Source: a phage. Taken from it: a stretch of 64,000 nucleotides of DNA. Positions 18,352 to 27,630 of the stretch are shown piece by piece. The stretch lies in the NCBI GenBank assembly GCA_022897995.1, contig GCA_022897995.1_4763.1. One strand, given 5' to 3'. Numbering within the stretch: the first letter of the stretch is position 1; each line of letters starts with the position of its first letter. The position numbers and the translations under genes were made by a program. The notes under the pieces are model-generated. The model had not been told where the DNA came from, ran no database searches, and saw only the letters and a program-made list of their open reading frames with translations.

Positions 18352-18720
18352 ATGGAAATTCAAAACAATTACGAAAAATGTGTTATTATCAATGATTTGC
18401 AACGTCAATTGCATCATTACGAAACCGATTATAAAACAGCAACCAAAACCGGAAAGTTGAAAGTGTGGGAAGTCTGGTATAACCGAAACTATCTGGGAAG
18501 CATCCACAAACTTGATCGCAGTGATGTTTATACAATGCATGTGGGCGCGTGTGGCGAATCGGATGTAGCATCTAATTTCATGGAAGCACTTGCATTCTAT
18601 GTAGAATATCTGGTAGACTATATCGAGTTGGAAGAGGAAGTTGTAGAATTGCTTCCTCCACCGGAAGAAGCACCGGAAGCAACGATCCTGAAAGCATTAA
18701 AGAAAATCTTTGTTAAGTGA
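18352..18720 (+). CDS. Hypothetical protein
   Basis: 122 aa ORF with GAGGA RBS. Confidence 0.35.
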   Translation: MEIQNNYEKCVIINDLQRQLHHYETDYKTATKTGKLKVWEVWYNRNYLGSIHKLDRSDVYTMHVGACGESDVASNFMEALAFYVEYLVDYIELEEEVVELLPPPEEAPEATILKALKKIFVK

Positions 18721-18728
18721 GGTGAACT

Positions 18729-19061
18729 ATGAAAAATGTACTGATTGTGTGGGAACTGATTCCAGAAACTACTGAATTATACATGGTACAGGTTGACAAT
18801 AAAGAATTTGAAATTCTGAAACGCGTCAACTGCAAATATATTAACATTGATGACATGACCCCAGAAATGGACTATGTAAACTATGCTCTCATGCAGCCTA
18901 GTTGGATTATGGATGAAACTAAAGCAGACGCCGAATCGCTGGGTGTACCGGAAGAAGTATTAGCGAAATGGCATCAATTCAAAGTTGAGATAAAAGAGGG
19001 TGAACCTTTTATCCCTAGCGGTATGATCGACGCGGTGATCGTAACAGGTTTTCATCTGTAA
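18729..19061 (+). CDS. Hypothetical protein
   Basis: 110 aa ORF with GAGGTGA RBS. Confidence 0.35.
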   Translation: MKNVLIVWELIPETTELYMVQVDNKEFEILKRVNCKYINIDDMTPEMDYVNYALMQPSWIMDETKADAESLGVPEEVLAKWHQFKVEIKEGEPFIPSGMIDAVIVTGFHL

Positions 19062-19074
19062 GGACATTTATACA

Positions 19075-19407
19075 ATGTTTAATTATGACAAATATGAATC
19101 ATGGAAAGCATCCGAACTGAAAGAGGCAGCGCGGTTAATCACACCGCGTCTTTATCCGGTACTGTTTAGCGCCGATAAAGTAACAAGGGAAGTAAACGAG
19201 GCGCTATCGGTTTTAGGTTATCTAATCGATAAAGTAGAGAAAACATCGGTATTCACAAATAGTATAGAATATACCCGTTATCGAGTGTTTTTAGATTCCT
19301 TGCTCGTTGTTATTAAAGCACTAAATGATCATAACTACACCATGAACATGACGAAAATAATCGACGAAGCAAGAATTATGACAGAGAATATTTTCGGAAG
19401 ATTTTGA
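19075..19407 (+). CDS. Hypothetical protein (paralog of 19522-19836)
   Basis: 110 aa; C-terminal ...IIDEARIMTENIFGRF resembles ...IIDARKLAENVYGKFPE of the downstream ORF. Confidence 0.35.
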   Translation: MFNYDKYESWKASELKEAARLITPRLYPVLFSADKVTREVNEALSVLGYLIDKVEKTSVFTNSIEYTRYRVFLDSLLVVIKALNDHNYTMNMTKIIDEARIMTENIFGRF

Positions 19408-19409
19408 TT

Positions 19410-19529
19410 ATGAAAGATGATGAATCATTGAAAATTGCACTGGTTATGCTATTACAAGGTATAGAATTAGCAAACCACGAAAAAATGTTGATACAACAGC
19501 GTGAAATTATGAGAGGTGATTATGAGTGA
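19410..19529 (+). CDS. Small hypothetical protein (39 aa)
   Basis: ATG overlaps preceding stop (TGATTATG); below track cutoff. Confidence 0.25.
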   Translation: MKDDESLKIALVMLLQGIELANHEKMLIQQREIMRGDYE

Positions 19530-19836
19530 TATTAAAACCGATGAAGAAATGCAGGATATTGCAAAGGAATTAACCACCATCATGATCCGTCGCGGATCGT
19601 ATAATGCAAAAACCATTATCGATGAAGTCAATACAGCGGTTAAGGCAATCGAGAAAGTAAAGTCAGACGTTGCATTTGAAAGATACACATGGGAAGATAT
19701 TCGCAATCGAAGCCGCTATAATTTCTTTGTTGATTGTATTATGTCAATGACTGAACACTACGGGCATAGCATGAACGACATTATCATCGATGCGCGTAAA
19801 TTAGCAGAGAATGTTTACGGGAAGTTTCCAGAATGA
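19522..19836 (+). CDS. Hypothetical protein (paralog of 19075-19407)
   Basis: 104 aa from ATG 19522; shared C-terminal motif with upstream paralog. Confidence 0.35.
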   Translation: MSDIKTDEEMQDIAKELTTIMIRRGSYNAKTIIDEVNTAVKAIEKVKSDVAFERYTWEDIRNRSRYNFFVDCIMSMTEHYGHSMNDIIIDARKLAENVYGKFPE

Positions 19837-20081
19837 GATTAGAGCAAGCGATTGTTTATTTTGAGATGGGTTATGATATTGCTCGTGTAGAATGGGAAGA
19901 TGGTGATTTTGTACGATTGATCGATCTTCCAGAAACAGCTATTGCACTGGTCAAAGTAGAAAACGGCATACAACGCAATTACGCGTTTTCTGACGAAGAC
20001 AAACAAGCCGATGACTGGTACGCTACCTGTTTTCATCATACAGCGTCAAAATGTGATTCAGGGGCTTCTATGCGCCAATAA
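19833..20081 (+). CDS. Hypothetical protein
   Basis: 82 aa ORF, ATGA overlap with previous gene. Confidence 0.35.
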   Translation: MRLEQAIVYFEMGYDIARVEWEDGDFVRLIDLPETAIALVKVENGIQRNYAFSDEDKQADDWYATCFHHTASKCDSGASMRQ

Positions 20082-20085
20082 AAAA

Positions 20086-20116
20086 GAAGGGGAAGCCTTT
20101 CGGCTTCCCCTTTAAG
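20086..20116. terminator. Bidirectional terminator between converging early (+) and late (-) genes
   Basis: A-run, GAAGGGGAAGCC-tttc-GGCTTCCCCTT hairpin, T-run; between the stop at 20081 and the holin stop at 20117. Confidence 0.6.
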
Positions 20117-20773
20117 TTATCTAATCCTTCCGAGGATTCTGGCAGATTGATTGCAAAGAGTATCTAAATTCTCAATGTCAATATCCGGTTTATTCTTCCA
20201 TGCAATGGAGATACTACCAGAATAGACATTATCGAGATTGAATATAGGGCAAGAATACATAAACCCTATATCGATACTCTCTAATTTCTTTTCTCTTGAT
20301 GGAATATACTGGAAATCTTTATCGGTAAAATATGATTTACCTAAAAGATGCCTACGATATTCTTCACTCGTTTTATTGATAGGGAATCCGCCTAAATTTT
20401 TTTCATCGATTGTGTGCGGTAGCTTTCCTTCATACGCCACCAAATCAACAAAATAGTTTAGGTTTTTCGGACGAAAACTAAAAACAGCAGAAAAATCGGC
20501 ATCAGCCGATACATGAACTATCTGTAACTGCTCCTGTGCTGCATTATCAAAATTGCGGTCTTTCTCTACCTGGAGAACGTGAGCATAAGTCTCATAACGA
20601 GTCTCTTTATACAATGCAAATAACTCGTTTTTACTATAAACGACAAATGCTAATATAGACAACACGACGGCAGCAAAAACACGAAGTACGAGCAACTCCG
20701 TGCTTTTAGTTGTGAAAATAGCGCGCAGGACATTTGAGATAGCAAAGTCTTTCCCTTTTTCAGAAACTTGCAT
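20117..20773 (-). CDS. t: Holin (T4 gene t homolog)
   Basis: 218 aa, same length as T4 T; blocks QLQIVHVSADADFSAVFSFRPKNLNYFVDLVAYEGKLP and YSCPIFNLDNVYSGSI match T4 T as recalled. Confidence 0.85.
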   Translation of the reverse strand: MQVSEKGKDFAISNVLRAIFTTKSTELLVLRVFAAVVLSILAFVVYSKNELFALYKETRYETYAHVLQVEKDRNFDNAAQEQLQIVHVSADADFSAVFSFRPKNLNYFVDLVAYEGKLPHTIDEKNLGGFPINKTSEEYRRHLLGKSYFTDKDFQYIPSREKKLESIDIGFMYSCPIFNLDNVYSGSISIAWKNKPDIDIENLDTLCNQSARILGRIR

Positions 20774-20806
20774 ATAATGCCCTAAGATAACTATGACAGT
20801 GTACTC

Positions 20807-21046
20807 TTATTTAGGTAGTTGACTATCACTAGATTTATCTTGCTCGTTACTATCTTCTGACTGATCTTTATTAAACTCCTTATAAAGTTCTTCCACAAAA
20901 CGATCATCAATTGGCGTATTGGTATAAGCCGCAAGACGACGAGCGCAATAGAAGAAAATTTTAGTGAGCATCTTTTCACTAATTAACTTTGATAATAGTT
21001 TCATTCCGAAACTAGACAAAGCACCAATAACGATATTATAGACCAT
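20807..21046 (-). CDS. Small hypothetical protein between gene 38 and t
   Basis: 79 aa; strong RBS AAGGAG 8 nt upstream; N-terminal hydrophobic helix, acidic C-terminus. Confidence 0.4.
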   Translation of the reverse strand: MVYNIVIGALSSFGMKLLSKLISEKMLTKIFFYCARRLAAYTNTPIDDRFVEELYKEFNKDQSEDSNEQDKSSDSQLPK

Positions 21047-21109
21047 AGCCGTTTCTCCTTAGTAGTTCCCTTCCGTGGGAGTTTTCCTTAATTCTTTTTA
21101 TAATTACGT

Positions 21110-21889
21110 CTAAACAGCCGGTCCGTAAATAGCTCCGCGATTTATCCACGTTGGAGCAGACCCTATAACAGCATAACCAGCACCGCCGCCGTTATATTCT
21201 GTGCCGGTACCGTGAGTATTACATCTACCTCCTGCGGAGCCAACTTCGCCGCCATTCCCGCCTGTATATGCACTAAGAGACCCCTCACCGACAGATCCTG
21301 CACCCGGAGCGTAAATGGAGCCAGCGGTTGCACCAGAACTCATATGAGAGGAAGACCCGCCACCACCGAATGGGCGACCACCGCCACCACCAAATACTAG
21401 TCTACCCCTGTTACCGCCGCCACCGCCGCCACCGCCGCCAGCGATAGCACCGCCATTATTAATTCTTAGCCTCCCACCAATATCATTTTGAATACAATGA
21501 CCCCCAGATGAGCCAGGACTATTACTACCGCCATTACCGCCACGACCATACATCGTTACGCCGTGTATATTTAACTGAACATATTCATTTGGTGTATCCC
21601 CGTACATGAAGAATAAAGGAACATCTTTAGAATATGATACTAAATCACCTGTAATATTAAACACTATAGGTGTACTACCTGCCTCAAAGCATCTATCACG
21701 GAACCACTGACCATTGAAGTTATGGTCTGCTCCAAGTGTATGAATAATTTCTCGCGAGCGACCTGCAAATTGACTCATCCAGCAAGGAACACCCAATCTT
21801 AGTTGACCAGCCGCTTGACTCATCCACCGTTGTCCTGTTTCATTTGCGGCTGAACTTCCAATCCAACCGGGAACACCAACTACTGCCAT
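21110..21889 (-). CDS. 38: Long tail fibre adhesin gp38 (T2-type, glycine-rich motifs)
   Basis: 259 aa; several poly-Gly stretches separated by variable segments; directly downstream of gp37. Confidence 0.8.
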   Translation of the reverse strand: MAVVGVPGWIGSSAANETGQRWMSQAAGQLRLGVPCWMSQFAGRSREIIHTLGADHNFNGQWFRDRCFEAGSTPIVFNITGDLVSYSKDVPLFFMYGDTPNEYVQLNIHGVTMYGRGGNGGSNSPGSSGGHCIQNDIGGRLRINNGGAIAGGGGGGGGGNRGRLVFGGGGGRPFGGGGSSSHMSSGATAGSIYAPGAGSVGEGSLSAYTGGNGGEVGSAGGRCNTHGTGTEYNGGGAGYAVIGSAPTWINRGAIYGPAV

Positions 21890-21925
21890 AATTTATACTC
21901 CAAAGGGGGCAATGCCCCCTTGTTG

Positions 21926-24694
21926 TTAGAATTTAAAATATTTACTAATTTTGCGAGCAATTTTAGTAAAGAAAGGAGTTTTCAATTCTTTAATTTCTTC
22001 ACTCATTTCCTGAATAGCCTTAATTAAAAGAGCATTCACTGCCGAGTTAGAAATTGTCAGAACGTCAGATCCATCAACTTCAACTTTCGATACAGCTTCC
22101 GGCAATTCTTTTTCAAGATCCTGAGCAATAATACCAGCTTCACGTTTAATCACACTACGATCTTTAATAGACTTAACTTTATCGTAAGTATAAACTTTCA
22201 GACGGCATACTTTTTCAAGTGCTCCGTTTTCTAACTCTTCTTTATTAATCTTAAGACGGTCATCAGAACGAATATAAACATCGTTAAAGTTACCATTACC
22301 AGGACAGTAAAAAGTACCATCATGATGGAACTCGAATACAGCTTGAGGATGACCAGCCGCTGGCGATGCCTCCGCAGATCCAACACGAATAATTGCTTGT
22401 CCCCAATTGTTAGGAACACGACGCATACCAAAATCGACGGCAGTTGTATATCCTTGATTGGTGATTAAACTTCTGCCTTTAATAATTGGGTAATAACTGT
22501 CTGGTCCAACATAGCCGTGGTCAACAAATATCGGCGCTTCTAATCCCCATTGGTCGTTCCAACTTCCAGATTGGCTAGCAGTCCAACGTTCACCATGAAC
22601 ATAGAATCGAACGTTATTGACATGAGTCATTTCGATGCCTTTTGGACTTAGTGCGATATCCCCCGCGTTTGTAATGTATATGGCAGCATTAGTAGCATAA
22701 CTATAGAACGCTAATCCATTATCAGCACCACCTTTACCGATATACCAGTTGTTATTATCAGCACAAGTACCCAACAAATATACCGACGAATCTCCCGTTT
22801 CAGCATTAATGGTAATAGCGTCAGAACCACGATTAACTTTCAGTTTCCCAAAGAATGTATTTTGAATGGTGTTATCACCTTTACGCTCAAATTCGGCTAA
22901 AAATCCTTTTGAGTCACGAAGACTTAAAACGTTATTTCGACCTATATTGCTTGCCCCCCAATGGACGATTTCCATATAGTCCATAGATTGACGAGAACCA
23001 GCTTTAAAGAAAAGATTGTCCTCAAGACGAGTGCTGCCATCAATTCCAAGATGCAAACAACGAGCGGTTTCAGTACCACCTAAATATAATCCACCGTCCG
23101 CAAAATTATAGCTGAATGGTCTGCGATTATTCCAACTACCAAAAGAATCTTTTAAATTGGTAGTAAGAATATGGAAATTAGAACCATCATTGCGTAACAT
23201 CAAACCATAGTTACCGCCTTTGACAGCCAAACGAGCATTTTCAGACAATGCAACTTCGCCATTCATTACAATTTTCTGGCCTTTACCACCAGAAATCTGT
23301 AATTCACCGTTTTCGAGCAAGTTTATCGAGTTTTGACCGTTATCGTTCCACCAAATAAAATCTTTGGTCTGACCATCACCGAAACCAAACCAGCCATTAC
23401 GAACATCTTGTCCAGTGCGATAATCCATAAAATTAAAATGGCTTGCTTCGTTTGGTCCTCGACGAATGTCAATACCGGCATTACCAACACCACCATCCAA
23501 CGTTAATCTCTTGACATGTAACCCGGTTACAGCCGAAAGCAATAATTCCTGACTTGTATCTTCGTATCCAGTAGCAAGACGATATGAGTTAGCATCAACT
23601 GTCTCATGCCAGATAGTGGCAGGAGCACAACTACGGAAGCGACGCAACATCTTTTTAGCATTTGTCGGTTGTTCGTTCAAATGCTCAATGTCATATTGGC
23701 CTTGAGAATTAGCACCAAAATTTAATGTCCCGTGGTTGCGATGAGTACTAAATGAAGTGATTGTATAAGCATCGAACTTTGTTTCAGCTTCCGGTAATTG
23801 ACCTCCTATAAATTGTGGTTTATCATATAAAGTCAGGTTAACATCAGGGCTAGTCTGGTATTCAGCCAACACAAATCCAGTATGACCGGAATAGCTACCG
23901 TATATATCATAAGAGTCACCACCAGTAGGAATAGCACAAAACTTCTGGTCTATATACCAGATGGTCATATAAGCGTTAAACACAACACCAACCGGATTTC
24001 CATTCCCGCTACGCAGAACCAATTCAATAATATTAGCTTGCCCGGTCTGTCCTACATTATAACCATTACCACCAACCAATCTAATTTTAGCACTACGCCC
24101 ATATTGTTGTGGTAGATATACTGTCGCGATTTTAAACCAACCGAACTCAATTCCAAAATCAAGTGTCTTTTGGAACATCCGATCTACTTCTTGTTTGCTG
24201 TACACATTCAATTCCGACGGACTAGGCTTATCACCTTCGTGATACATGCGATATGAATATGCCAATACACCATCAGCGTTATAACCATAGGTTTTTACAG
24301 TAGGAACAACGTTAGAACCATAAGTAAAATCCAACCCACGAGCATGATTTATACCGCTAGGATGGGGAATATGCAAAGCCAATGCTAGATGACCATCCAT
24401 ATCATTAGTACGAAATGCCCCAAATTTATCAAGATTTCGTGAGGTCGGGTCATCGAAATAGTTTGCGGTATTACTCCACACAAGGTCATCCACAACCACG
24501 CGGCCTCTTACATCAAAGCCTTTGTCATAAACAGGAGGGCAGCTTAAATTAACAATTTGCCCATCATCATTTTTTGTAAGCAGATATTGGTCTGCTAAGT
24601 TAATTGCCAACTCTCCCGGATTCATCGTACCAGCATCCGGTTTACGTCCGGCTGCGCTAGTGCGTTTAAACTGGATTCTGTTTAAATCTGCCAT
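21926..24694 (-). CDS. 37: Long tail fibre distal subunit gp37
   Basis: 922 aa; N-terminus MADLNRIQFKRTSAAG...GELAINL matches T4 gp37 N-terminus as recalled. Confidence 0.85.
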   Translation of the reverse strand: MADLNRIQFKRTSAAGRKPDAGTMNPGELAINLADQYLLTKNDDGQIVNLSCPPVYDKGFDVRGRVVVDDLVWSNTANYFDDPTSRNLDKFGAFRTNDMDGHLALALHIPHPSGINHARGLDFTYGSNVVPTVKTYGYNADGVLAYSYRMYHEGDKPSPSELNVYSKQEVDRMFQKTLDFGIEFGWFKIATVYLPQQYGRSAKIRLVGGNGYNVGQTGQANIIELVLRSGNGNPVGVVFNAYMTIWYIDQKFCAIPTGGDSYDIYGSYSGHTGFVLAEYQTSPDVNLTLYDKPQFIGGQLPEAETKFDAYTITSFSTHRNHGTLNFGANSQGQYDIEHLNEQPTNAKKMLRRFRSCAPATIWHETVDANSYRLATGYEDTSQELLLSAVTGLHVKRLTLDGGVGNAGIDIRRGPNEASHFNFMDYRTGQDVRNGWFGFGDGQTKDFIWWNDNGQNSINLLENGELQISGGKGQKIVMNGEVALSENARLAVKGGNYGLMLRNDGSNFHILTTNLKDSFGSWNNRRPFSYNFADGGLYLGGTETARCLHLGIDGSTRLEDNLFFKAGSRQSMDYMEIVHWGASNIGRNNVLSLRDSKGFLAEFERKGDNTIQNTFFGKLKVNRGSDAITINAETGDSSVYLLGTCADNNNWYIGKGGADNGLAFYSYATNAAIYITNAGDIALSPKGIEMTHVNNVRFYVHGERWTASQSGSWNDQWGLEAPIFVDHGYVGPDSYYPIIKGRSLITNQGYTTAVDFGMRRVPNNWGQAIIRVGSAEASPAAGHPQAVFEFHHDGTFYCPGNGNFNDVYIRSDDRLKINKEELENGALEKVCRLKVYTYDKVKSIKDRSVIKREAGIIAQDLEKELPEAVSKVEVDGSDVLTISNSAVNALLIKAIQEMSEEIKELKTPFFTKIARKISKYFKF

Positions 24695-24731
24695 TTTATA
24701 AAATCCTTAAACGGTTATTAGAATAATATTA

Positions 24732-24757
24732 TTTAGAAAAGCGGGGAGAATCCCCGC
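24732..24757 (-). terminator. Terminator-like hairpin between genes 36 and 37
   Basis: On minus strand GCGGGGA-ttc-TCCCCGC followed by TTTTC; same stem as the promoter cassette hairpin at 40712-40729. Confidence 0.4.
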
Positions 24758-24762
24758 TAAAA

Positions 24763-26253
24763 TTAGAAAGTACCAAAATCAATCACCGCATTAAGTGGAA
24801 CCGCGCCAACTTCGGCAGGGGTGGGTTTATGCCCTTCGTGGTAAAGTTCAAAGGTATCGGTGTCCTGAGTATTGTCACGGGATTTAACGAAAATAATTTT
24901 AGAATCATGTGTGATTCCTAGTTTCTCGTGCGCTTTAATATCACTAACACGATGAATCATTGCTGTACCATTTAAGCTATTAAGTCCAGCGTAGCAATTA
25001 TCACCATTATAGTTAGATTCTGTGGTATGAACGCCGTTCGCAGCAGGAACCGTCAAAGCGCCAGTCATGGTATCGCCAGTCACATTAACATAGCGAATAT
25101 CAGCCAATTTACGGTGATCTACATAGTTCCATGCAGTCCATGATTCATTAGAACACGAACGCCAGCACATCGGATGGTCAATAGATTCAGGATAATACAC
25201 CTGAACAATTCGACGAGTACCGACCGCATCTTCTGGGCGATATACCATCAAAACGCCGTTATAATAGCTATCAGACGGTTTATTAGTACCTGACCCAGCA
25301 TTTTCCACACGATAGATACCGCGATTAATAAGAGTGTTCCAATCAACGTTTCCAATGATGGTTGGATTTGCTACCATTGATTTTTTCTCAAAGTAGCTCA
25401 AACGAACCAATTCATTAGGACCAGCCGGATCGTTTGTCGCCAACATTCTAGGCGCTTGCAAGTTACCTTCCATAATATCACCAGCACGTTTAACCTGTGC
25501 ATCATTGGTGACATTGCCTAGTCCAACATCGGCTTTAGTTGGTTTATTGTTGGTGTGATAAAAACGACCTTCTCTGCCATTAACAAAAATGGTAGGCTCA
25601 TCTTTACTTCGGAAGACCAACGTATCAAGAACGTTGCCATAATAGATCTTAGTCGCATCAAAATTAATTAAATCACGCTCCCTTGCAATTAATTTCGAAT
25701 CAACCGATAGTTTAACAGTGACAGTGTTTAAATTATATGTTCCTGTGAGGGTATCACCGCGACGAGACACCAAATCTAAATCATTATTCGTTGGTTTATT
25801 AACAGGGCTATAGACGCGTTGACCTGTGTCTTTAATGGTTGTCCCTTCGATAGTCCCTTTAGTTTTAAAATCACCTGTGGTAGTGTCAATATAAGCCATG
25901 ATAACATCATCACGAGCATTAACAAAACCAATAGATTTCCACGAATGCAAACCCCAACTTACACCATCAAAGTTAGCCGCATCACTATTTCCTTTAAAGA
26001 TCCCGTTCTTTTTGGTTTCTCCACCGGATGCGCTACCTACGCTTAAACCTTCCTCAAAATGGACCAGTTTCTGAAATGTACCTCCTTCGGATGCACTAAC
26101 AGCATCAAAATCGGCAGCCGAAGGTTTATCAAAAGCGGTATAGATTTTATGACCTTTGTAGAAAAGCTGATCCCCCGCTGGCTGGATCGTCAAGTTTCCT
26201 TGCGTCCAAATGGGAGATCCGCCTACAGTAGATCCATGTTTCAAATCTGCCAT
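24763..26253 (-). CDS. 36: Long tail fibre protein gp36 (enlarged, 496 aa)
   Basis: N-terminus MADLKHGSTVGGSPIWTQGN...PAGD matches T4 gp36 N-terminus as recalled; much longer than the 221 aa T4 protein. Confidence 0.75.
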   Translation of the reverse strand: MADLKHGSTVGGSPIWTQGNLTIQPAGDQLFYKGHKIYTAFDKPSAADFDAVSASEGGTFQKLVHFEEGLSVGSASGGETKKNGIFKGNSDAANFDGVSWGLHSWKSIGFVNARDDVIMAYIDTTTGDFKTKGTIEGTTIKDTGQRVYSPVNKPTNNDLDLVSRRGDTLTGTYNLNTVTVKLSVDSKLIARERDLINFDATKIYYGNVLDTLVFRSKDEPTIFVNGREGRFYHTNNKPTKADVGLGNVTNDAQVKRAGDIMEGNLQAPRMLATNDPAGPNELVRLSYFEKKSMVANPTIIGNVDWNTLINRGIYRVENAGSGTNKPSDSYYNGVLMVYRPEDAVGTRRIVQVYYPESIDHPMCWRSCSNESWTAWNYVDHRKLADIRYVNVTGDTMTGALTVPAANGVHTTESNYNGDNCYAGLNSLNGTAMIHRVSDIKAHEKLGITHDSKIIFVKSRDNTQDTDTFELYHEGHKPTPAEVGAVPLNAVIDFGTF

Positions 26254-26286
26254 AAAGTAACCTCAAAAATTAGTTATAGTTCCGAG

Positions 26287-26294
26287 TATTTATA
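26287..26294 (-). promoter_or_regulatory. T4-type late promoter TATAAATA upstream of gene 36
   Basis: Reverse complement of tatttata at 26287-26294, about 33 nt upstream of the gene 36 ATG. Confidence 0.55.
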
Positions 26295-26409
26295 GAATGT
26301 TAACAAAATATCGCTTCGCGACGTGCCGTAGGCACTGACTATTTTTTAGCCGAAACAAATTTTCTATTATTCTAAAGATCTTTCTTCGTTTTGGTTATGT
26401 TTTAACCAA

Positions 26410-26445
26410 CTGTATAAAAATAAAGCCGACCACATGGATCGGCTT
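26410..26445 (-). terminator. Rho-independent terminator after gene 35
   Basis: On minus strand AAGCCGATCC-atgtg-GTCGGCTT followed by TATTTTTAT; near-identical to the plus-strand terminator at 16152-16182. Confidence 0.55.
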
Positions 26446-26455
26446 GTTAAAAATG

Positions 26456-27595
26456 TTAATCAACATCGAACTCTTTAAAGTTGTTGGATGTGATGTGTTT
26501 ATTATCTCTAGGCAGTTTAAGAAGACTCATTACAGGGTTAGTAAAATCACCGTTATCCTGAATATGAGTTGTTCTAACACCATTAACACCAAATGAAGTA
26601 GGACCAGTAGTTTTGACGACTCCACTGATCGGCGTTATTAGTATGTTTCTAACCTTAACAACACCTTCATTGGAGTTGGTTGGATATCTGATACAACCAG
26701 TTACTACACTATCAACTCCTTCCGGTACGGTATAGACGGCTTCAAACTTTTCCCATTGATCTTTCTGGCTGGCATTATAACGAACGCCAGTTTGATATTG
26801 TCCATCAGTGAAGTAGTTGTGATAGAAACGCGCTGTTACGTTGGCTGCGGCTGCGGCACTATCACGGAACAATTCAAAGGATATTGATAGTTTGTCACCT
26901 GCCTTTATGTTAAAATATTCAAGTGGTGCGCTGATCTCATCATGAGGCCATTGTATTAGCTCGAAATGTTCGGCATCTTCGCTAACATACTCGACCGGAT
27001 AATCTAAAAATCGTTGTGGTGTTCCTGTGACCGCAAGATCATCTATAGTATCATAGACTTTCTCAATCTGTATAGACGAATCTTGCCCTTCTCCGTGAGT
27101 TGCTTGCATACCTTCACAAACAATTTTACCCATTTTAGTAGAATAAATTGCTGCATACGATACACGAGGCATTTGCTGTAATAGAATATAATTAGGGAAA
27201 GACACAGATCCTAACTTAGCAAATATGCCATCACTTACAACATCTGCAAATAGTTCTCCATGTGATGCCATTGCGATAATATAATCACCTTTCAGTAAAG
27301 AAAGATAATCACGCATTGCCAATACAGCACCACGACCATAGAATACCTTTTCTTCGTGCAATTGTCCAGTTGGAGTAAGAACTTTAAAGTTTAGGCCAGT
27401 CTCATAGCCAGTCCCGACGATCTCCACTCCATTAAATCTAATCCTTGCTGGTTTGGAAGAATCCGCATTAGATCCGCGCACTTCCAGCTTATACATCACA
27501 GAGTTGTTTTCTGAAATGCTTGTAAATGTCGCGGAGTCTTCGTCGAAATGCGCAAACTTAATTCCAGTATTGCGTAATTCTATCTCTTGTGTCAT
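26456..27595 (-). CDS. 35: Long tail fibre hinge protein gp35
   Basis: 379 aa; size and position between 34 and 36 as in T4. Confidence 0.75.
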   Translation of the reverse strand: MTQEIELRNTGIKFAHFDEDSATFTSISENNSVMYKLEVRGSNADSSKPARIRFNGVEIVGTGYETGLNFKVLTPTGQLHEEKVFYGRGAVLAMRDYLSLLKGDYIIAMASHGELFADVVSDGIFAKLGSVSFPNYILLQQMPRVSYAAIYSTKMGKIVCEGMQATHGEGQDSSIQIEKVYDTIDDLAVTGTPQRFLDYPVEYVSEDAEHFELIQWPHDEISAPLEYFNIKAGDKLSISFELFRDSAAAAANVTARFYHNYFTDGQYQTGVRYNASQKDQWEKFEAVYTVPEGVDSVVTGCIRYPTNSNEGVVKVRNILITPISGVVKTTGPTSFGVNGVRTTHIQDNGDFTNPVMSLLKLPRDNKHITSNNFKEFDVD

Positions 27596-27630
27596 AATAA
27601 CCCCATAGGGGGCTTTCGCCCCCCTTTTAA

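Noticed and set aside
20808-20814. CTAAATA motif upstream of holin t as a late promoter
   Set aside because: One mismatch to the strict TATAAATA consensus and located inside the upstream small ORF; not called
21400-21480. GC-rich tandem repeat (ccgccgccaccgcc...) as a non-coding repeat element
   Set aside because: It encodes the poly-glycine motifs of adhesin gp38 on the minus strand
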